Source: Candidatus Bathyarchaeota archaeon | GTDB lineage: Archaea; Thermoproteota; Bathyarchaeia; 40CM-2-53-6 | NCBI GenBank assembly: GCA_963733055.1 | Contig: CAVTBR010000003.1 | Span: 480,001 to 544,000 of the forward strand | Length of the DNA: 64,000 bases | Reading direction: 5' to 3' | Part shown: in pieces, positions 28,964 through 39,190 of the stretch | Layout: the number at the start of each line of letters is the position of its first letter | Numbering within the stretch: the first letter of the stretch is position 1 | Program-made: the position numbers and the translations under genes | Notes under the pieces: generated by a model | Databases searched by the model: none | Told to the model about the DNA's origin: nothing | What the model saw: only the letters and a program-made list of their open reading frames with translations

Positions 28964-31843
28964 ATGGGGTATGTGTGTAAGGGCGTAAAGCCACCTTTTC
29001 AGCAGCCAAGGATGGAGTTTCAAGCATTAACGAGCCTGGCAAGCTCTCTCACATCCGCTGGCAATGCTCGTAGTTATGAGGTTTGGTGGGACCGGGCTAC
29101 CAAAGACCTTCACATAGTCGCCGCCGATTTAGAGACCCGAATTGGAAACTATGAAAGACAACTGGAAGCCGCCTACCCATCAATTGCTTTCTACCCTTTG
29201 CCTACCTACCCTGCATGGCTTAGCAAAATCTCTGATTCGAGATTTGTTCAAGCTTACTTCAAGAAGGGCCTGATCTTCACCAAACTGGTGTTCGAAGGTA
29301 AGGGAAACCCGGTAGATCACGTCCTCGAAGCTATCCAGACTACAGATTTCGCTTGGGCCCAACTGGTCTGGCGTGAGAGCGATTGGCATCGCCATGCGGT
29401 TTCACTCTCGACGGCTCTGCGGAGTGAAATTGATCAAGCAAAGCTTGAGGGGCTGAATGAGAAGTCACTAGTACAAATAGGTCCCCAAATGGCCGACGAA
29501 ATCTTGGAGAAGTCGCTAGCGAAGAACATACGTGCTGAATTTAGATTCCTTTGTTCTGGTTCAAGTAACTCGCTTAATGCTGTCGTAAACTCATTGTCGG
29601 TTTTCCAAGGAAGATACGATCAATTAGCTGGGAATGTGTCAAACGTCAGTCCGTCAATCCTTCGGATGTTTGTCGAGAGAAGTTTCGGCAATCACTTCGA
29701 CGATACGCTTAGAGATTACCAGAAGACTTTCTTCGAAAATCGAACGGCTCCCGAATTCCTTCTGCTTACGCCAGACGAACTTGCGTCCTTCTTGCAGTTG
29801 CCAGTCACGAGTGGGTTGCGATTTGTCAAATGGACACGGGCAAAATCTCTCCCGACAATTTCCCCACCCTCCCAACAAGGAGTTCTTTTGGGTTATCAGA
29901 AATCGACGCATCTCCCAATTCGGATAGATTTGAAGGACCTATCGAGGCACACTTACGTCGTTGGCGGCTCAGGAGTCGGCAAGACGACACTCATTCTCAA
30001 CGTTGTGAAGCAGCTTCGAGAATCAAAGACACCTTTAGCGATTCACTTTATTGACCCGCATGGTGACGCATCAAACAAGCTTCTTACCATATTGCCGAAT
30101 TGGGAAGGCGTAACTCTACTAGACCCTACCACAACCACCTTCGCGATAAACCCGCTTCAACTCCCTGCGTACAGATCGCCCGAGGACCGAGAATTCAAAG
30201 TAGAGTGGGTGATCGGCGTTTTCATGCAGATGCTTGAAGCACTTTTCGGCGTCACAACAGTGAAGATGCCACGCCTCACGTTCATTGTCGGAACCAGTTT
30301 ACGTTACCTATACAAAATTACTGACACTCCGACAATGGTCGATCTTTACGCCGTACTTCTCGCCTTACGTGACAGAGATAGACTAAATCAAATTCTCGAC
30401 CAGATGAATGTTGATGATGCTGAGATAACTTCGACGTTAGAGTTCGCAACAAAGTTGCCTGCAGATGCCGTCTTCGCAATCCTAAACAAGATCGGAACAT
30501 TCACTTCCAACCCTTTGCTACGAAAACTCTTCTGTTCTGCACAACCAAATGTCAACTTTGAAGAGTTAATCAAACCTGGCCGTCTTGTGATATGGCGGCT
30601 AGCCAAGGATAGAGTCCCACCTAACGTTCTGATCATGTCAATGAACACGATCGTCCTCACGTTATGGTTCGCTGTTCTCTTCAGAGCCCGCGAATTAGCC
30701 GAAGACCAGCGTTCACCAGTCGTAACGATAGTGGATGAATTTCAGAACTTAGAGGAACTCGCCCTGCTAGATGTGATTCCGAGCGAAGCTAGGAAGTACG
30801 CCATGCCACTCTTCCTGATTCACCAGAACCTAGCGCAACTCAATCTCCAACGTAGGGAAGCAATTCTCGCTAATTTTGCGACGAAAGTTATGTTCCGTCT
30901 GGGTGGAACCGACGCATCATCTTTGGCTGCCGATCTTGATCCGATCAATGCGAAGGAATTAGCCAGTCAGCTTGCGACCTTGGCTGACTTCAATGCACTA
31001 GTGAGGCTTAGAGTTAAAGGGCAAGAAGAGCAGGTCGCTCCCTTCCACTGTTTAACTCTCCCCGATCCACCAACTGTCCAATCACCCGATAGAGTCCGAC
31101 AGTTTGAAGGAAAGATGCGCCAGGAGTTTGGTGCCCCTGAAAGCATCGAGGGTTCCCTAATTGAGAACGCTCTTGAAAGGCGTTGGATCAAACTCTTGAG
31201 TGAACCTCTCCCAGACCCGCTGACTTTCCAGGTACTCGAGACGGTCGTGGCGTTGGGGGATGACGCCTACGCCAAGAAGATAGCTGAAACTCTATCGAAG
31301 GACCGTAGTCGAATCATCTCACCAAAACTAGACGAACTCGAGAAGACTGGTTTCCTAACGTCTGAGGTGGCGACCGAGAGAACCACCCCGGGGAGGCCAC
31401 CAACGATTTTCTCTGTAACCTCAAAGTCCAATGGACTCCTTCTCATGGAAGGCACCGCAGACATGCTCTTAGATGCTCACATGGGCGGACAGGAGGCGAT
31501 CGCGCTCGGCTGTGAGGCGGTGAAACATTATAGAGCGAAAGGATGGTACGTGATTATTCCCCGGCAAGGAGGCACGCTGAGGAAACCAGACCTCGTTACG
31601 ATACCGTTAACACACGATGGGGAGTGGGATCTTCAACGTGCTGTCGCTGTCGAAATTGAAACTCTATCAGAGCTGTCAACACATCCCGAGCAAGTCAAAA
31701 TCAATATGTCCAAGAACTTCGACGTCGGATTCGCATTCGTTGACATTTGGTGCCGTAAAGAGTTCTCTGCAACCCTCGATAACCTTTACAAATCTCTCCC
31801 GCTTGAGAGACAGGAAAAAATCTCAGTAAAATACATCGAATGA
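28964..31843 (+). CDS. TraG/TrwB/HerA-like (DUF87) ATPase with C-terminal wHTH and PD-(D/E)XK-like domain
   Basis: HTYVVGGSGVGKT, IDPHGD, IVDEFQN, EARKY and HQNLAQL motifs; C-terminal KPDLV...AVEIET. Confidence 0.85.
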   Translation: MGYVCKGVKPPFQQPRMEFQALTSLASSLTSAGNARSYEVWWDRATKDLHIVAADLETRIGNYERQLEAAYPSIAFYPLPTYPAWLSKISDSRFVQAYFKKGLIFTKLVFEGKGNPVDHVLEAIQTTDFAWAQLVWRESDWHRHAVSLSTALRSEIDQAKLEGLNEKSLVQIGPQMADEILEKSLAKNIRAEFRFLCSGSSNSLNAVVNSLSVFQGRYDQLAGNVSNVSPSILRMFVERSFGNHFDDTLRDYQKTFFENRTAPEFLLLTPDELASFLQLPVTSGLRFVKWTRAKSLPTISPPSQQGVLLGYQKSTHLPIRIDLKDLSRHTYVVGGSGVGKTTLILNVVKQLRESKTPLAIHFIDPHGDASNKLLTILPNWEGVTLLDPTTTTFAINPLQLPAYRSPEDREFKVEWVIGVFMQMLEALFGVTTVKMPRLTFIVGTSLRYLYKITDTPTMVDLYAVLLALRDRDRLNQILDQMNVDDAEITSTLEFATKLPADAVFAILNKIGTFTSNPLLRKLFCSAQPNVNFEELIKPGRLVIWRLAKDRVPPNVLIMSMNTIVLTLWFAVLFRARELAEDQRSPVVTIVDEFQNLEELALLDVIPSEARKYAMPLFLIHQNLAQLNLQRREAILANFATKVMFRLGGTDASSLAADLDPINAKELASQLATLADFNALVRLRVKGQEEQVAPFHCLTLPDPPTVQSPDRVRQFEGKMRQEFGAPESIEGSLIENALERRWIKLLSEPLPDPLTFQVLETVVALGDDAYAKKIAETLSKDRSRIISPKLDELEKTGFLTSEVATERTTPGRPPTIFSVTSKSNGLLLMEGTADMLLDAHMGGQEAIALGCEAVKHYRAKGWYVIIPRQGGTLRKPDLVTIPLTHDGEWDLQRAVAVEIETLSELSTHPEQVKINMSKNFDVGFAFVDIWCRKEFSATLDNLYKSLPLERQEKISVKYIE

Positions 31844-31979
31844 GTCCGCAAACATAGATAGTGTTGGACAACTGTGCCGGCTTTAGTTCTCTCAGAATAG
31901 CGAAGCTAGTTACAAAGCCTTAGAGTATTGGACATTGCACAACGAGGTATCTCCGTAGAGGAGTCAATCCTGACTCACT

Positions 31980-32114
31980 CTAGTGAAGTGGCTCTCGGTG
32001 CATGACCTCGAATTCGAACTTGAATCTCACGCTCTCAAGCCAAAAGCTGTCTCCCACGGCAAAGTCATCGGAGTTAATCGCTTTCAAGAACTCTTCCAAA
32101 GTTATTGTAATCAC
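31980..32114 (-). CDS. Small 44-aa hypothetical protein (not in the ORF track)
   Basis: GTG..TAG frame MITITLEEFLKAINSDDFAVGDSFWLESVRFKFEFEVMHREPLH, with a TATA-like element about 28 bp upstream. Confidence 0.4.
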   Translation of the reverse strand: MITITLEEFLKAINSDDFAVGDSFWLESVRFKFEFEVMHREPLH

Positions 32115-32203
32115 CCGACATAGCACTTAACACTTACACGTTCTATATCTTTCGCTCAATCTGTTTTACCCAATAGGATGATGACAGCGTAACCTGCAGC
32201 CCA

Positions 32204-32690
32204 TTACTCAGAGCTACTTTTCTTCATCCGATAAAGTTTGCCGACAAGCTCAGCTCCACCGCTGAATTTTAGTTCGTTATTCTTTAGGCTAATCAAGCCT
32301 GCGTTCACATATTTTTTCGTCCAATCGACGAATGCTTCTCTGTCGTATGGTGTTTTAGGAAATTGTCTCATCCACCATTCTTTGAAGGCATCCTCGTATT
32401 GGACGTCAGAGGTTAGCTTGTTCAACAAATTAGCTGAACTAGCCTCACTCGTTGCTACTGTTGCTTGTCTAGCCGCTTTAACCTCTGGCCGATTTTCAAT
32501 GAATCGCTATCCCTCCGACCCACGGCCCAAACAATATGCTGAAAGCGGCAGGTCCGAAGACTTGTGGCCAGTACCTAACCCCAAAGAGGACTACCGGAAA
32601 CACCGTGAAAAATGCACCCATGCCCGCGTACACAACTGCATTTACTGCCATCAACACGAATTGTAAAGGGAAGGATTTTGAGCGGCTCAA
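32204..32690 (-). pseudogene. Chimeric remnant: 5' fragment of an ECF-transporter S-component-like gene joined to the 3' end of an unrelated gene
   Basis: GVRYWPQV..PAAFSILFGPWVGG stops abruptly at about 32500; an unrelated open frame with no clear start begins there. Confidence 0.55.
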
Positions 32691-32850
32691 CCGAAAAATT
32701 GACCTCTTAACTTCCGAATGATTTTCGAGCTGCTGACGATATATGATTTAGGGTAAGCTCAGGTTTACGATTCCTCGCAAACGTGTGAGCGCGGGGAGGT
32801 GAAGGAGGAACTAGCTGGATAACAGACTTATTGAGAATGCGATTGACCAA

Positions 32851-33186
32851 TCATTTTCTAAGTAGAGCCAGAATGATCTGGATTACTGCAAGCGCAGCGA
32901 GAATCCATGTTACCCTTTTGAGTCCGACAGTCAAGTCACTCAATCTCTGCGACTCTAGGTTTAGTGAGTCTAGTGAATCTATCATACAGTACTCACGCAG
33001 GGCCGCAATTTGACGTCGCAGGTCATCGAGTTGGGTCTGTAGAATCTCTTTACCCGACTGTTCCATAATCACTGGCAAGCCTAGTAACCCCTTTTGCTTC
33101 ATTAAACTGAGTACCTGCGCTTCTTGCTCTATCAATTTGTATAGTTCATCGCGTGCGTTTTGAAAGGAGAAGTTCGTGGTATTCAT
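32851..33186 (-). CDS. Coiled-coil protein with a C-terminal TM anchor
   Basis: Heptad-rich body and hydrophobic C-terminus. Confidence 0.6.
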   Translation of the reverse strand: MNTTNFSFQNARDELYKLIEQEAQVLSLMKQKGLLGLPVIMEQSGKEILQTQLDDLRRQIAALREYCMIDSLDSLNLESQRLSDLTVGLKRVTWILAALAVIQIILALLRK

Positions 33187-33558
33187 GTTTCTTCAACTCG
33201 GCCTACGCTTTCGGATTAGCTTTGTTTTAGCATTTACGTGTTTTGAATCAACTTAGCCAGTTGTCAGTCATCCCTCTAACTTAGCTACACTGGTAGGATT
33301 CAGCAGCTAGGCTCATCTCATCGGAGTTTCATGCAGTTCAGGTTCGGAATGCCAATGACAGTTAGTGCTGTAAGAGACGACAACAAATCTGAATGGTCCT
33401 TGAGAGCTACGTTTTTGATGTGCTAATCGTGAATCGTATCGACGGTTGTTGTCTGAAAGTGTAATTGTACACCTGAACTCTCTGCCTGGAGTTTACGCTA
33501 GCCTTTCTACTGAACGAAAGCGCTCACTTAATGCGGATGTGAATGAATCAGACTCGTA

Positions 33559-34749
33559 GTGAAGAATCGTGAGAGATTCTACATGGAGAACAACAAACTC
33601 ACCATCATGAAGGTGCTTGCATTACGACCTCGTGATGCTAGAGGCGATGGCTGGGCATCCGGACAAGAACTTCAAAACGCAACTGAACTCTCGCCCAACG
33701 ATATCAATGACGCCGTTATCCTATTGAAAGACGGAGGTATAGTTGAACTAGAGAAACAACTCGGAACGGCGCCCTTCCGCTTTCATGCGGTCACTCTAAC
33801 AGCCAGAGGAAGAGGCTACTGGGAGAAATTGCAAGTAAATTCCCAGAATGAATTTCCTCGCACATTACAAAACGCTCCATATCGGTTGTCCCAAACTCCT
33901 AATGACACAACTGAAGATGAAAAATTCATGCGTGTGGCAATCGAGCTATCCAAGCAATCCACACCTGAGGACAGCAGGCCACATCCTAAAGTCGGTGCAG
34001 TTGTAGTCAAGAATGGCGAGATATTAGACCACGCGTTTTGCGGTGAATATGCTCAAGGAGATCACGCTGAATATACTCTGCTTGAAAGAAAACTTGGAAA
34101 GATGGACCTGACGGGTACAACGCTTTACACCACTCTTGAACCTTGCACACTTCGAGGCCACGAGAAGATGCCTTGCGCCGACAGAATCATACAGAGAAGA
34201 ATCGGCAGAGTTGTGATAGGAATGCTTGATCCCAATCCCAACATTCAGGGCAAGGGCTTGTATAAGTTAGACAAAGCGGGCGTGAGAGTACAACTAGCGG
34301 AACGGCTAAGTCGCGAAATTAAGGACATCAACAAAGAGTTCATAGCGGCTCAAGAAGGCACTCCAACAATTAACATGGCAATACCTCAGACAAAAATTTA
34401 CGAGGACTTAGCAAACATTCTAAGTCGGCTGGTACTGCGATGGCAGAGTTACAAAGACGAATTACCAAATGTGAAGTGGACGCCCGAAGCTGTTGAAGAG
34501 ATTAAAGAGAAGTTCAGTAGCGATAAAGAGGATCTTCTTAATTTATTATCCCGCTCGCCAGAGATCGATTTAAAGGTCAAATCTCAAACGAAAACAATCA
34601 TAAGTCAAATTGATGGGTTCATATTTTTTAAAATCAGTTTCGAGATACCCCCCCAGAGACACGAGCAACTTCAAAATTTCGAGTATAAGGCAGAACAGGC
34701 GGCTGACGCCGCTCAAGCTCTACACGATTGGTTGCGGACCGAGAAGTAG
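33559..34749 (+). CDS. wHTH + RibD-like Zn-dependent deaminase + helical domain protein
   Basis: PKVGAVVV, DHAE, TLEPC...PC and DPNP motifs; no RibD reductase domain. Confidence 0.8.
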   Translation: MKNRERFYMENNKLTIMKVLALRPRDARGDGWASGQELQNATELSPNDINDAVILLKDGGIVELEKQLGTAPFRFHAVTLTARGRGYWEKLQVNSQNEFPRTLQNAPYRLSQTPNDTTEDEKFMRVAIELSKQSTPEDSRPHPKVGAVVVKNGEILDHAFCGEYAQGDHAEYTLLERKLGKMDLTGTTLYTTLEPCTLRGHEKMPCADRIIQRRIGRVVIGMLDPNPNIQGKGLYKLDKAGVRVQLAERLSREIKDINKEFIAAQEGTPTINMAIPQTKIYEDLANILSRLVLRWQSYKDELPNVKWTPEAVEEIKEKFSSDKEDLLNLLSRSPEIDLKVKSQTKTIISQIDGFIFFKISFEIPPQRHEQLQNFEYKAEQAADAAQALHDWLRTEK

Positions 34750-34818
34750 TCGTAATAGGGCTTCGCTGCTAAAATTGGATACGCATCACGAAGGCTTTCC
34801 TTGCGATCACGACAGCGC

Positions 34819-37242
34819 TCATAAACGCCGAACAAGAATTGCACCCACTATAGACAACACAACTACCAGAGCTGCTAAGGCTATCCAAGATGATGAATTG
34901 ATCCCGGTAGATGCATAGGGTGCGACCATTTGCGAGAATGACTTGGAGAAAGTGATGGCGCGTGTTTGAGTATATGGAAGACTCACAGTCGAAGCATACA
35001 TCGTGGTATATCTTGATACCAAAATGTAGTTCCTGCACGATTCGTTCTGACGATTCGTTTGGCAGGTTGTCGTAGTTGAGCTGGCCATTAGGACGGACTG
35101 TTGGATAGGAGTGGTAAATGATGTGGCGGTAAAGTACGATGTTGAAACATTCACTGTTGTCGATACAGAAGTAATTGTCGGATAGCTCATCAGAAATGTG
35201 CTAAGAAATGCGACGGCAATAATAAGGAGTGATAAGAGGTTGGCAGATTTTTTCTTAGGCCGAGTAATCGTTGCAGTCTGCGGAATCGACATGAGATTTC
35301 GCAGCCTATAGACGAGAAGAGTAAGACCAATTCGGCCGTCCTTTCTCCAGACGCGCCGTTTCTTTGCGTGAACGCATCGTGAGTGCATGTCTCCGATCTC
35401 TGTTTTAACCATCGATTCGCCAAGTCGAATTGTTTGACGACACCCCCGACACTTGGAAGGATTCATAGCGCCGAAACTCGCCGTGCCATGCCATGGCGTC
35501 GAGAGTATCCGTACGGGTACCGGATATGACCTGTAAACCGCCCCGAAGTAAGTCAAGACCAAACCCAGGATTACAAGGATAAGCAGGCTCGGGATAGCTG
35601 CAACAGCGAGGATGGCTGAAATTACGGCAAGCAAAAATCCTGTCCAAAACACCTTTGGACTTGCCACTATTGGCCTGACAGAAGGTTGAATTGGGGGTGG
35701 AGAAGACGGGACAGTGGCGTACAGTTTCTGAAGTGCATCCGCCTGCTGTCTACTCAGGACATCAACTGGGTGTTGAGGTCTCGATACGACAATCTGTTGT
35801 GGTCGTCCTGGTTCACACAGAGGGCAGAAGTAACGATTAGATTGTAGATCGTAGGTTAGTCTAAAATTATGGCGCAAGCAAACGAGTTGCTGATGATCCA
35901 CGAACGTCGATGAAGGTGCAGCTGCCTTCTTTTGCGAATTGACGCACCTAAGGGCCTCCTGTTTGTCCTGAAGAGGCTGAATCTGTGACGGAATATCCAC
36001 AACAATCTGTGGTCGACCTTTGTATTCGGTTATCATGCCGGTAACGCTGACCCACTTGTTTACAAATGACTCCGGTCTGATACCGCCCGTTTGCATCATG
36101 TCCAGTACGTCAGCCCAGATGACCAGATAGAACGCTCCCTTGCGCCAATCTCCGAAGTTAAGGAACATGTACGGTTGATTTCGCCGAGTCACGTCTCTCT
36201 TGTAGTTGGTGACTTGGCCGACGATTTCTAGCATCTCTCCGGTTCTTGAAACAATCGTGTTGGTTTTCTCAGCAAGTATAACTTCGTACTGAGAAATGTA
36301 CTCTATCGGCTTGCGTACCGTCGGGATCGGTCGAACTCTGGCAGGCGGCTTTGGCGGTACGTAACTCGGAGAGATGAACTCCGATAGTGAAGGGATTTTG
36401 TCGTAGTCTAAGAAGCAGATGGCCTCAAACTTCTCTGCAAGCGCTCTTACCGCAGGGATTCCTTTCAGGTCGTTTATTAGAGGAGAAGACTGCGGATCGA
36501 GGAAGTCCTTTCTTTGGAATAGTATGTTTTCTCCGTCGCTATATTTTCTCCAAAGCGCGGGCTTTGCTGCAACCGCTTTAAGTCCTAGGTAGATGACGAT
36601 TGATGGAAAACGGTCCATCCGGGCCGTGGGAGCGGCATTGGATCTATCTGGATGAATATAGTTCAGATGACCGAGTACCTTCGTCGGAGATTTTGAAAGC
36701 TCGGGCAAGTACATGCCGTCATAATCTATCAGCGTGAGAGACTTGCTTCTCACCATGATGTTTCCGTGTTGAAGGTCACCGTGAGCAACGCCAAGTTGTT
36801 CAAGACGATTGACGATTCTTAGGAAGTCGTCCGCAAGCCATGTAATTTCATTCGGTTTCGCGAGATTGCGTTCGATATGGAGATTCAGAACATCCCCGGA
36901 GAGCCATGGCATTAGCAATATGGGGTATAGGTTTCCGCCGACACGTATTCCTTCTATCTGAAGACTGGCTTTGACGAACGTCCCGTCTGCGTTCTTTTCT
37001 AGGAACCGACTAATCGCGTCGTACCTGAATTGCAGGTCTCCAACTTCTCGATAGAAGCATCGAACAGCCCAATTATCACTTGCTCGAGAAAGGTGGTAAA
37101 TCAAAGCGAAACCGCCGGTCTTCACACTGGGCAAGCCAAGTGGATTTGTCTCGACTCGACAGGTTTGTAATTCCTGGTCCTTGAAGGCATTTTTGGGATT
37201 CTGTACTGCGAGCTGGTATTCGTCGAGCCTTGGTAGTCCCAA
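34819..37242 (-). CDS. Ser/Thr kinase of TerY-P type fused to OB-fold, Zn fingers and TM helices
   Basis: GGFALIY, AVRCF, HGDLQHGNI and LIDYDGMY motifs; OB-fold; CxxH/CxxC and CxxC/HxxC pairs; several TM segments. Confidence 0.85.
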   Translation of the reverse strand: MGLPRLDEYQLAVQNPKNAFKDQELQTCRVETNPLGLPSVKTGGFALIYHLSRASDNWAVRCFYREVGDLQFRYDAISRFLEKNADGTFVKASLQIEGIRVGGNLYPILLMPWLSGDVLNLHIERNLAKPNEITWLADDFLRIVNRLEQLGVAHGDLQHGNIMVRSKSLTLIDYDGMYLPELSKSPTKVLGHLNYIHPDRSNAAPTARMDRFPSIVIYLGLKAVAAKPALWRKYSDGENILFQRKDFLDPQSSPLINDLKGIPAVRALAEKFEAICFLDYDKIPSLSEFISPSYVPPKPPARVRPIPTVRKPIEYISQYEVILAEKTNTIVSRTGEMLEIVGQVTNYKRDVTRRNQPYMFLNFGDWRKGAFYLVIWADVLDMMQTGGIRPESFVNKWVSVTGMITEYKGRPQIVVDIPSQIQPLQDKQEALRCVNSQKKAAAPSSTFVDHQQLVCLRHNFRLTYDLQSNRYFCPLCEPGRPQQIVVSRPQHPVDVLSRQQADALQKLYATVPSSPPPIQPSVRPIVASPKVFWTGFLLAVISAILAVAAIPSLLILVILGLVLTYFGAVYRSYPVPVRILSTPWHGTASFGAMNPSKCRGCRQTIRLGESMVKTEIGDMHSRCVHAKKRRVWRKDGRIGLTLLVYRLRNLMSIPQTATITRPKKKSANLLSLLIIAVAFLSTFLMSYPTITSVSTTVNVSTSYFTATSFTTPIQQSVLMASSTTTTCQTNRQNESCRNYILVSRYTTMYASTVSLPYTQTRAITFSKSFSQMVAPYASTGINSSSWIALAALVVVLSIVGAILVRRL

Positions 37243-37968
37243 TTATTCCACTCTCAACATGAGAATTGTGACATCATCATTACGCATAATTCCCGAACCC
37301 CTAGCCGAAGATAACCAAGCGAGGAAAGTTTCAGTGTCAGCGAAAGACGCGATTACCTCCCAGGGGAATAGGCCCGCATTTAGCTCATGCAGGAACCATT
37401 GAGCAGCGGCGTCGGTCATCCAGAAGAAGAGGTCTCCGCTCGACCATTCTCCCCTCGTGGATTTTATGGAAGGCATCTCTCTCTCGCTGCGTCTGCTGCA
37501 TATCAAAGGAGGGGTTGACCCAAACTCCTTCTCATCGCTTATGGGAAAGCTAACAACGCCTGTTGGCTTTTTCACGAAGAGGCATGAATCACCCGCAGCG
37601 ATAGCCTCCCAGCTACCATCTTCGCCAAAGCATGTCCCGAGAAAGGTCGCGAAAGCACCACGTTTTCTCTTTTCCTCCGCATACCACGGGAGCGTCTTCG
37701 GATCGACTATCCTGCGCCAGATTCTTGCTCCTTTGTTTACCGCTTTCTTGAAACGTTCGTCGGCTGGCAGGCCGGAATTGACAAACGCTGCAACAAGGAC
37801 GCTGGCCCAGAGTGATGCGAAAGAACTCTCTGTTGCACCATCGGAAATCGCTACGCTAAGCCTTTCGGAAAGTAGTTCCCCTGAAAGAGACGGCTCGGAA
37901 GCGTCTTCGTATTCCGATGGTTCATTTCCCTGTTTCTGGGATTTGAAGACGCTCAGACTTGCCTTCAA
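37243..37968 (-). CDS. PP2C-like phosphatase (TerY-P triad)
   Basis: K.G....YED, AISDGATES, GDSCLF, MTDA and RNDDVT motifs; TTG start 2 nt after the vWA stop. Confidence 0.88.
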   Translation of the reverse strand: MKASLSVFKSQKQGNEPSEYEDASEPSLSGELLSERLSVAISDGATESSFASLWASVLVAAFVNSGLPADERFKKAVNKGARIWRRIVDPKTLPWYAEEKRKRGAFATFLGTCFGEDGSWEAIAAGDSCLFVKKPTGVVSFPISDEKEFGSTPPLICSRRSEREMPSIKSTRGEWSSGDLFFWMTDAAAQWFLHELNAGLFPWEVIASFADTETFLAWLSSARGSGIMRNDDVTILMLRVE

Positions 37969-37969
37969 T

Positions 37970-38815
37970 TTACCGTAAGCTGGTTGGGCGCGTTCCAATA
38001 TCTACGAAATTGATAAGCTCGACCATACCTGCATTGAAGACGAAACCACGAGACCCCTCCGAAACAGGCACCCCCTCCTGTTTTGCAGCTGCGACTATAT
38101 GTGGAGGCAGGGAGCTAGAAATGCGGAAGAGCGATTTAGCAAACTGGTCCGGAAGAGCGTCATTATCTGGAAAGAGAATTGGTGCGGCACGCTGTGAGGA
38201 TAGATGAACGTTGAAAAGCAGCGTGTTTCCGTCCGTACTGGCGATGGCCCTTAATTCGTCCGCGGCACCAGTAGGATCACCGTCGGTGGCTTCTCCGTCC
38301 GTTATATTGATGATAATTGGCGGGAAACATGCAGGATGTTCCGCAACCCATGGCTGTAATAGGACTCTCGCCAACCGTAGGGATTCGCACATCGGGGTTC
38401 CACCATTGGCAACGGGATCGAACCAAACCGGAAACTTAACTTTCTCCTCAACAAGACCGCCGGCCCCATCTTGCACTTTGCGAGTACGGTCTTCAACGCG
38501 TAAAGGAGAATTGGCTAGTTCGCTAACTGAGACGATTTGACGTCCGGAAATTGCGCCACCCAATCTCGGACCTACGTCACCCCCATAACCGATCACAGAA
38601 ACGAAATAATAGTCCCTGACGCCCTCGGACTTCGTGCATTTTATCACCAAGTTACTCAGAAGTTTGTTGATCGCGTCAGATGCGCCGTCAGCTTTTTTGA
38701 GCGAAGCCTCGCCGCCTCCGAACGGGTCAGCCATTGAGCCGGATTGATCCAGCAGAAAGACGATGCAACTAGGATTAGTACGGCTAATTTCGGCTTCGTA
38801 AGTCAAATTGATCAC
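37970..38815 (-). CDS. vWA (TerY-like) domain protein
   Basis: LLDQSGSM MIDAS motif, GGTPM and ITDGEATDGDP. Confidence 0.9.
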   Translation of the reverse strand: MINLTYEAEISRTNPSCIVFLLDQSGSMADPFGGGEASLKKADGASDAINKLLSNLVIKCTKSEGVRDYYFVSVIGYGGDVGPRLGGAISGRQIVSVSELANSPLRVEDRTRKVQDGAGGLVEEKVKFPVWFDPVANGGTPMCESLRLARVLLQPWVAEHPACFPPIIINITDGEATDGDPTGAADELRAIASTDGNTLLFNVHLSSQRAAPILFPDNDALPDQFAKSLFRISSSLPPHIVAAAKQEGVPVSEGSRGFVFNAGMVELINFVDIGTRPTSLR

Positions 38816-38908
38816 GCCTGATGGACGCCCTTGCAGCCAGATGCTATTTAGAATTTGCTAGTTCCGGGTCATTCGAGTTAATCGAGCTTCCTCAGGACCC
38901 TGGATTCT

Positions 38909-39190
38909 TCAGCGGTCGAAATTGGTAGGAATCACGATGTCTCCTCCTTCACCGGAGACTATCACAGCGGTGTGGGTTCTTTCGATACCTTCAATCGGTT
39001 GAATCTTCCTTATTACAAGATTTGAGAGAGACTTCATGCCAGACATCTCAAGATATGCGATCACATCATAAACTCCGGTAACAGCGCAAGCCCATTTTAC
39101 GCCGTTGATTTCTCCGATTGATTTCGCAACATCATAGGCTCTTCCTAGCTTCGACTGTACCAAGACAAATGCCCCAACCATACGAATCAA
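38909..39190 (-). CDS. Stand-alone Lrp/AsnC ligand-binding (RAM) domain protein
   Basis: AFVLV...VTGVYDVIA...IEGIERTHT. Confidence 0.85.
   Translation of the reverse strand: MIRMVGAFVLVQSKLGRAYDVAKSIGEINGVKWACAVTGVYDVIAYLEMSGMKSLSNLVIRKIQPIEGIERTHTAVIVSGEGGDIVIPTNFDR

Noticed and set aside
31889-31917. dif-like right arm CTAGTTACAAAG
   Set aside because: No matching left arm at 6-bp spacing
33270-33370. Integron attC-like site (CTCTAAC...GTTAGTG)
   Set aside because: The interior is not palindromic, no repeated attC series exists and neither integrase is recognisably IntI
33559-34749. Riboflavin biosynthesis ribD
   Set aside because: No reductase domain, extra flanking domains and no rib genes nearby
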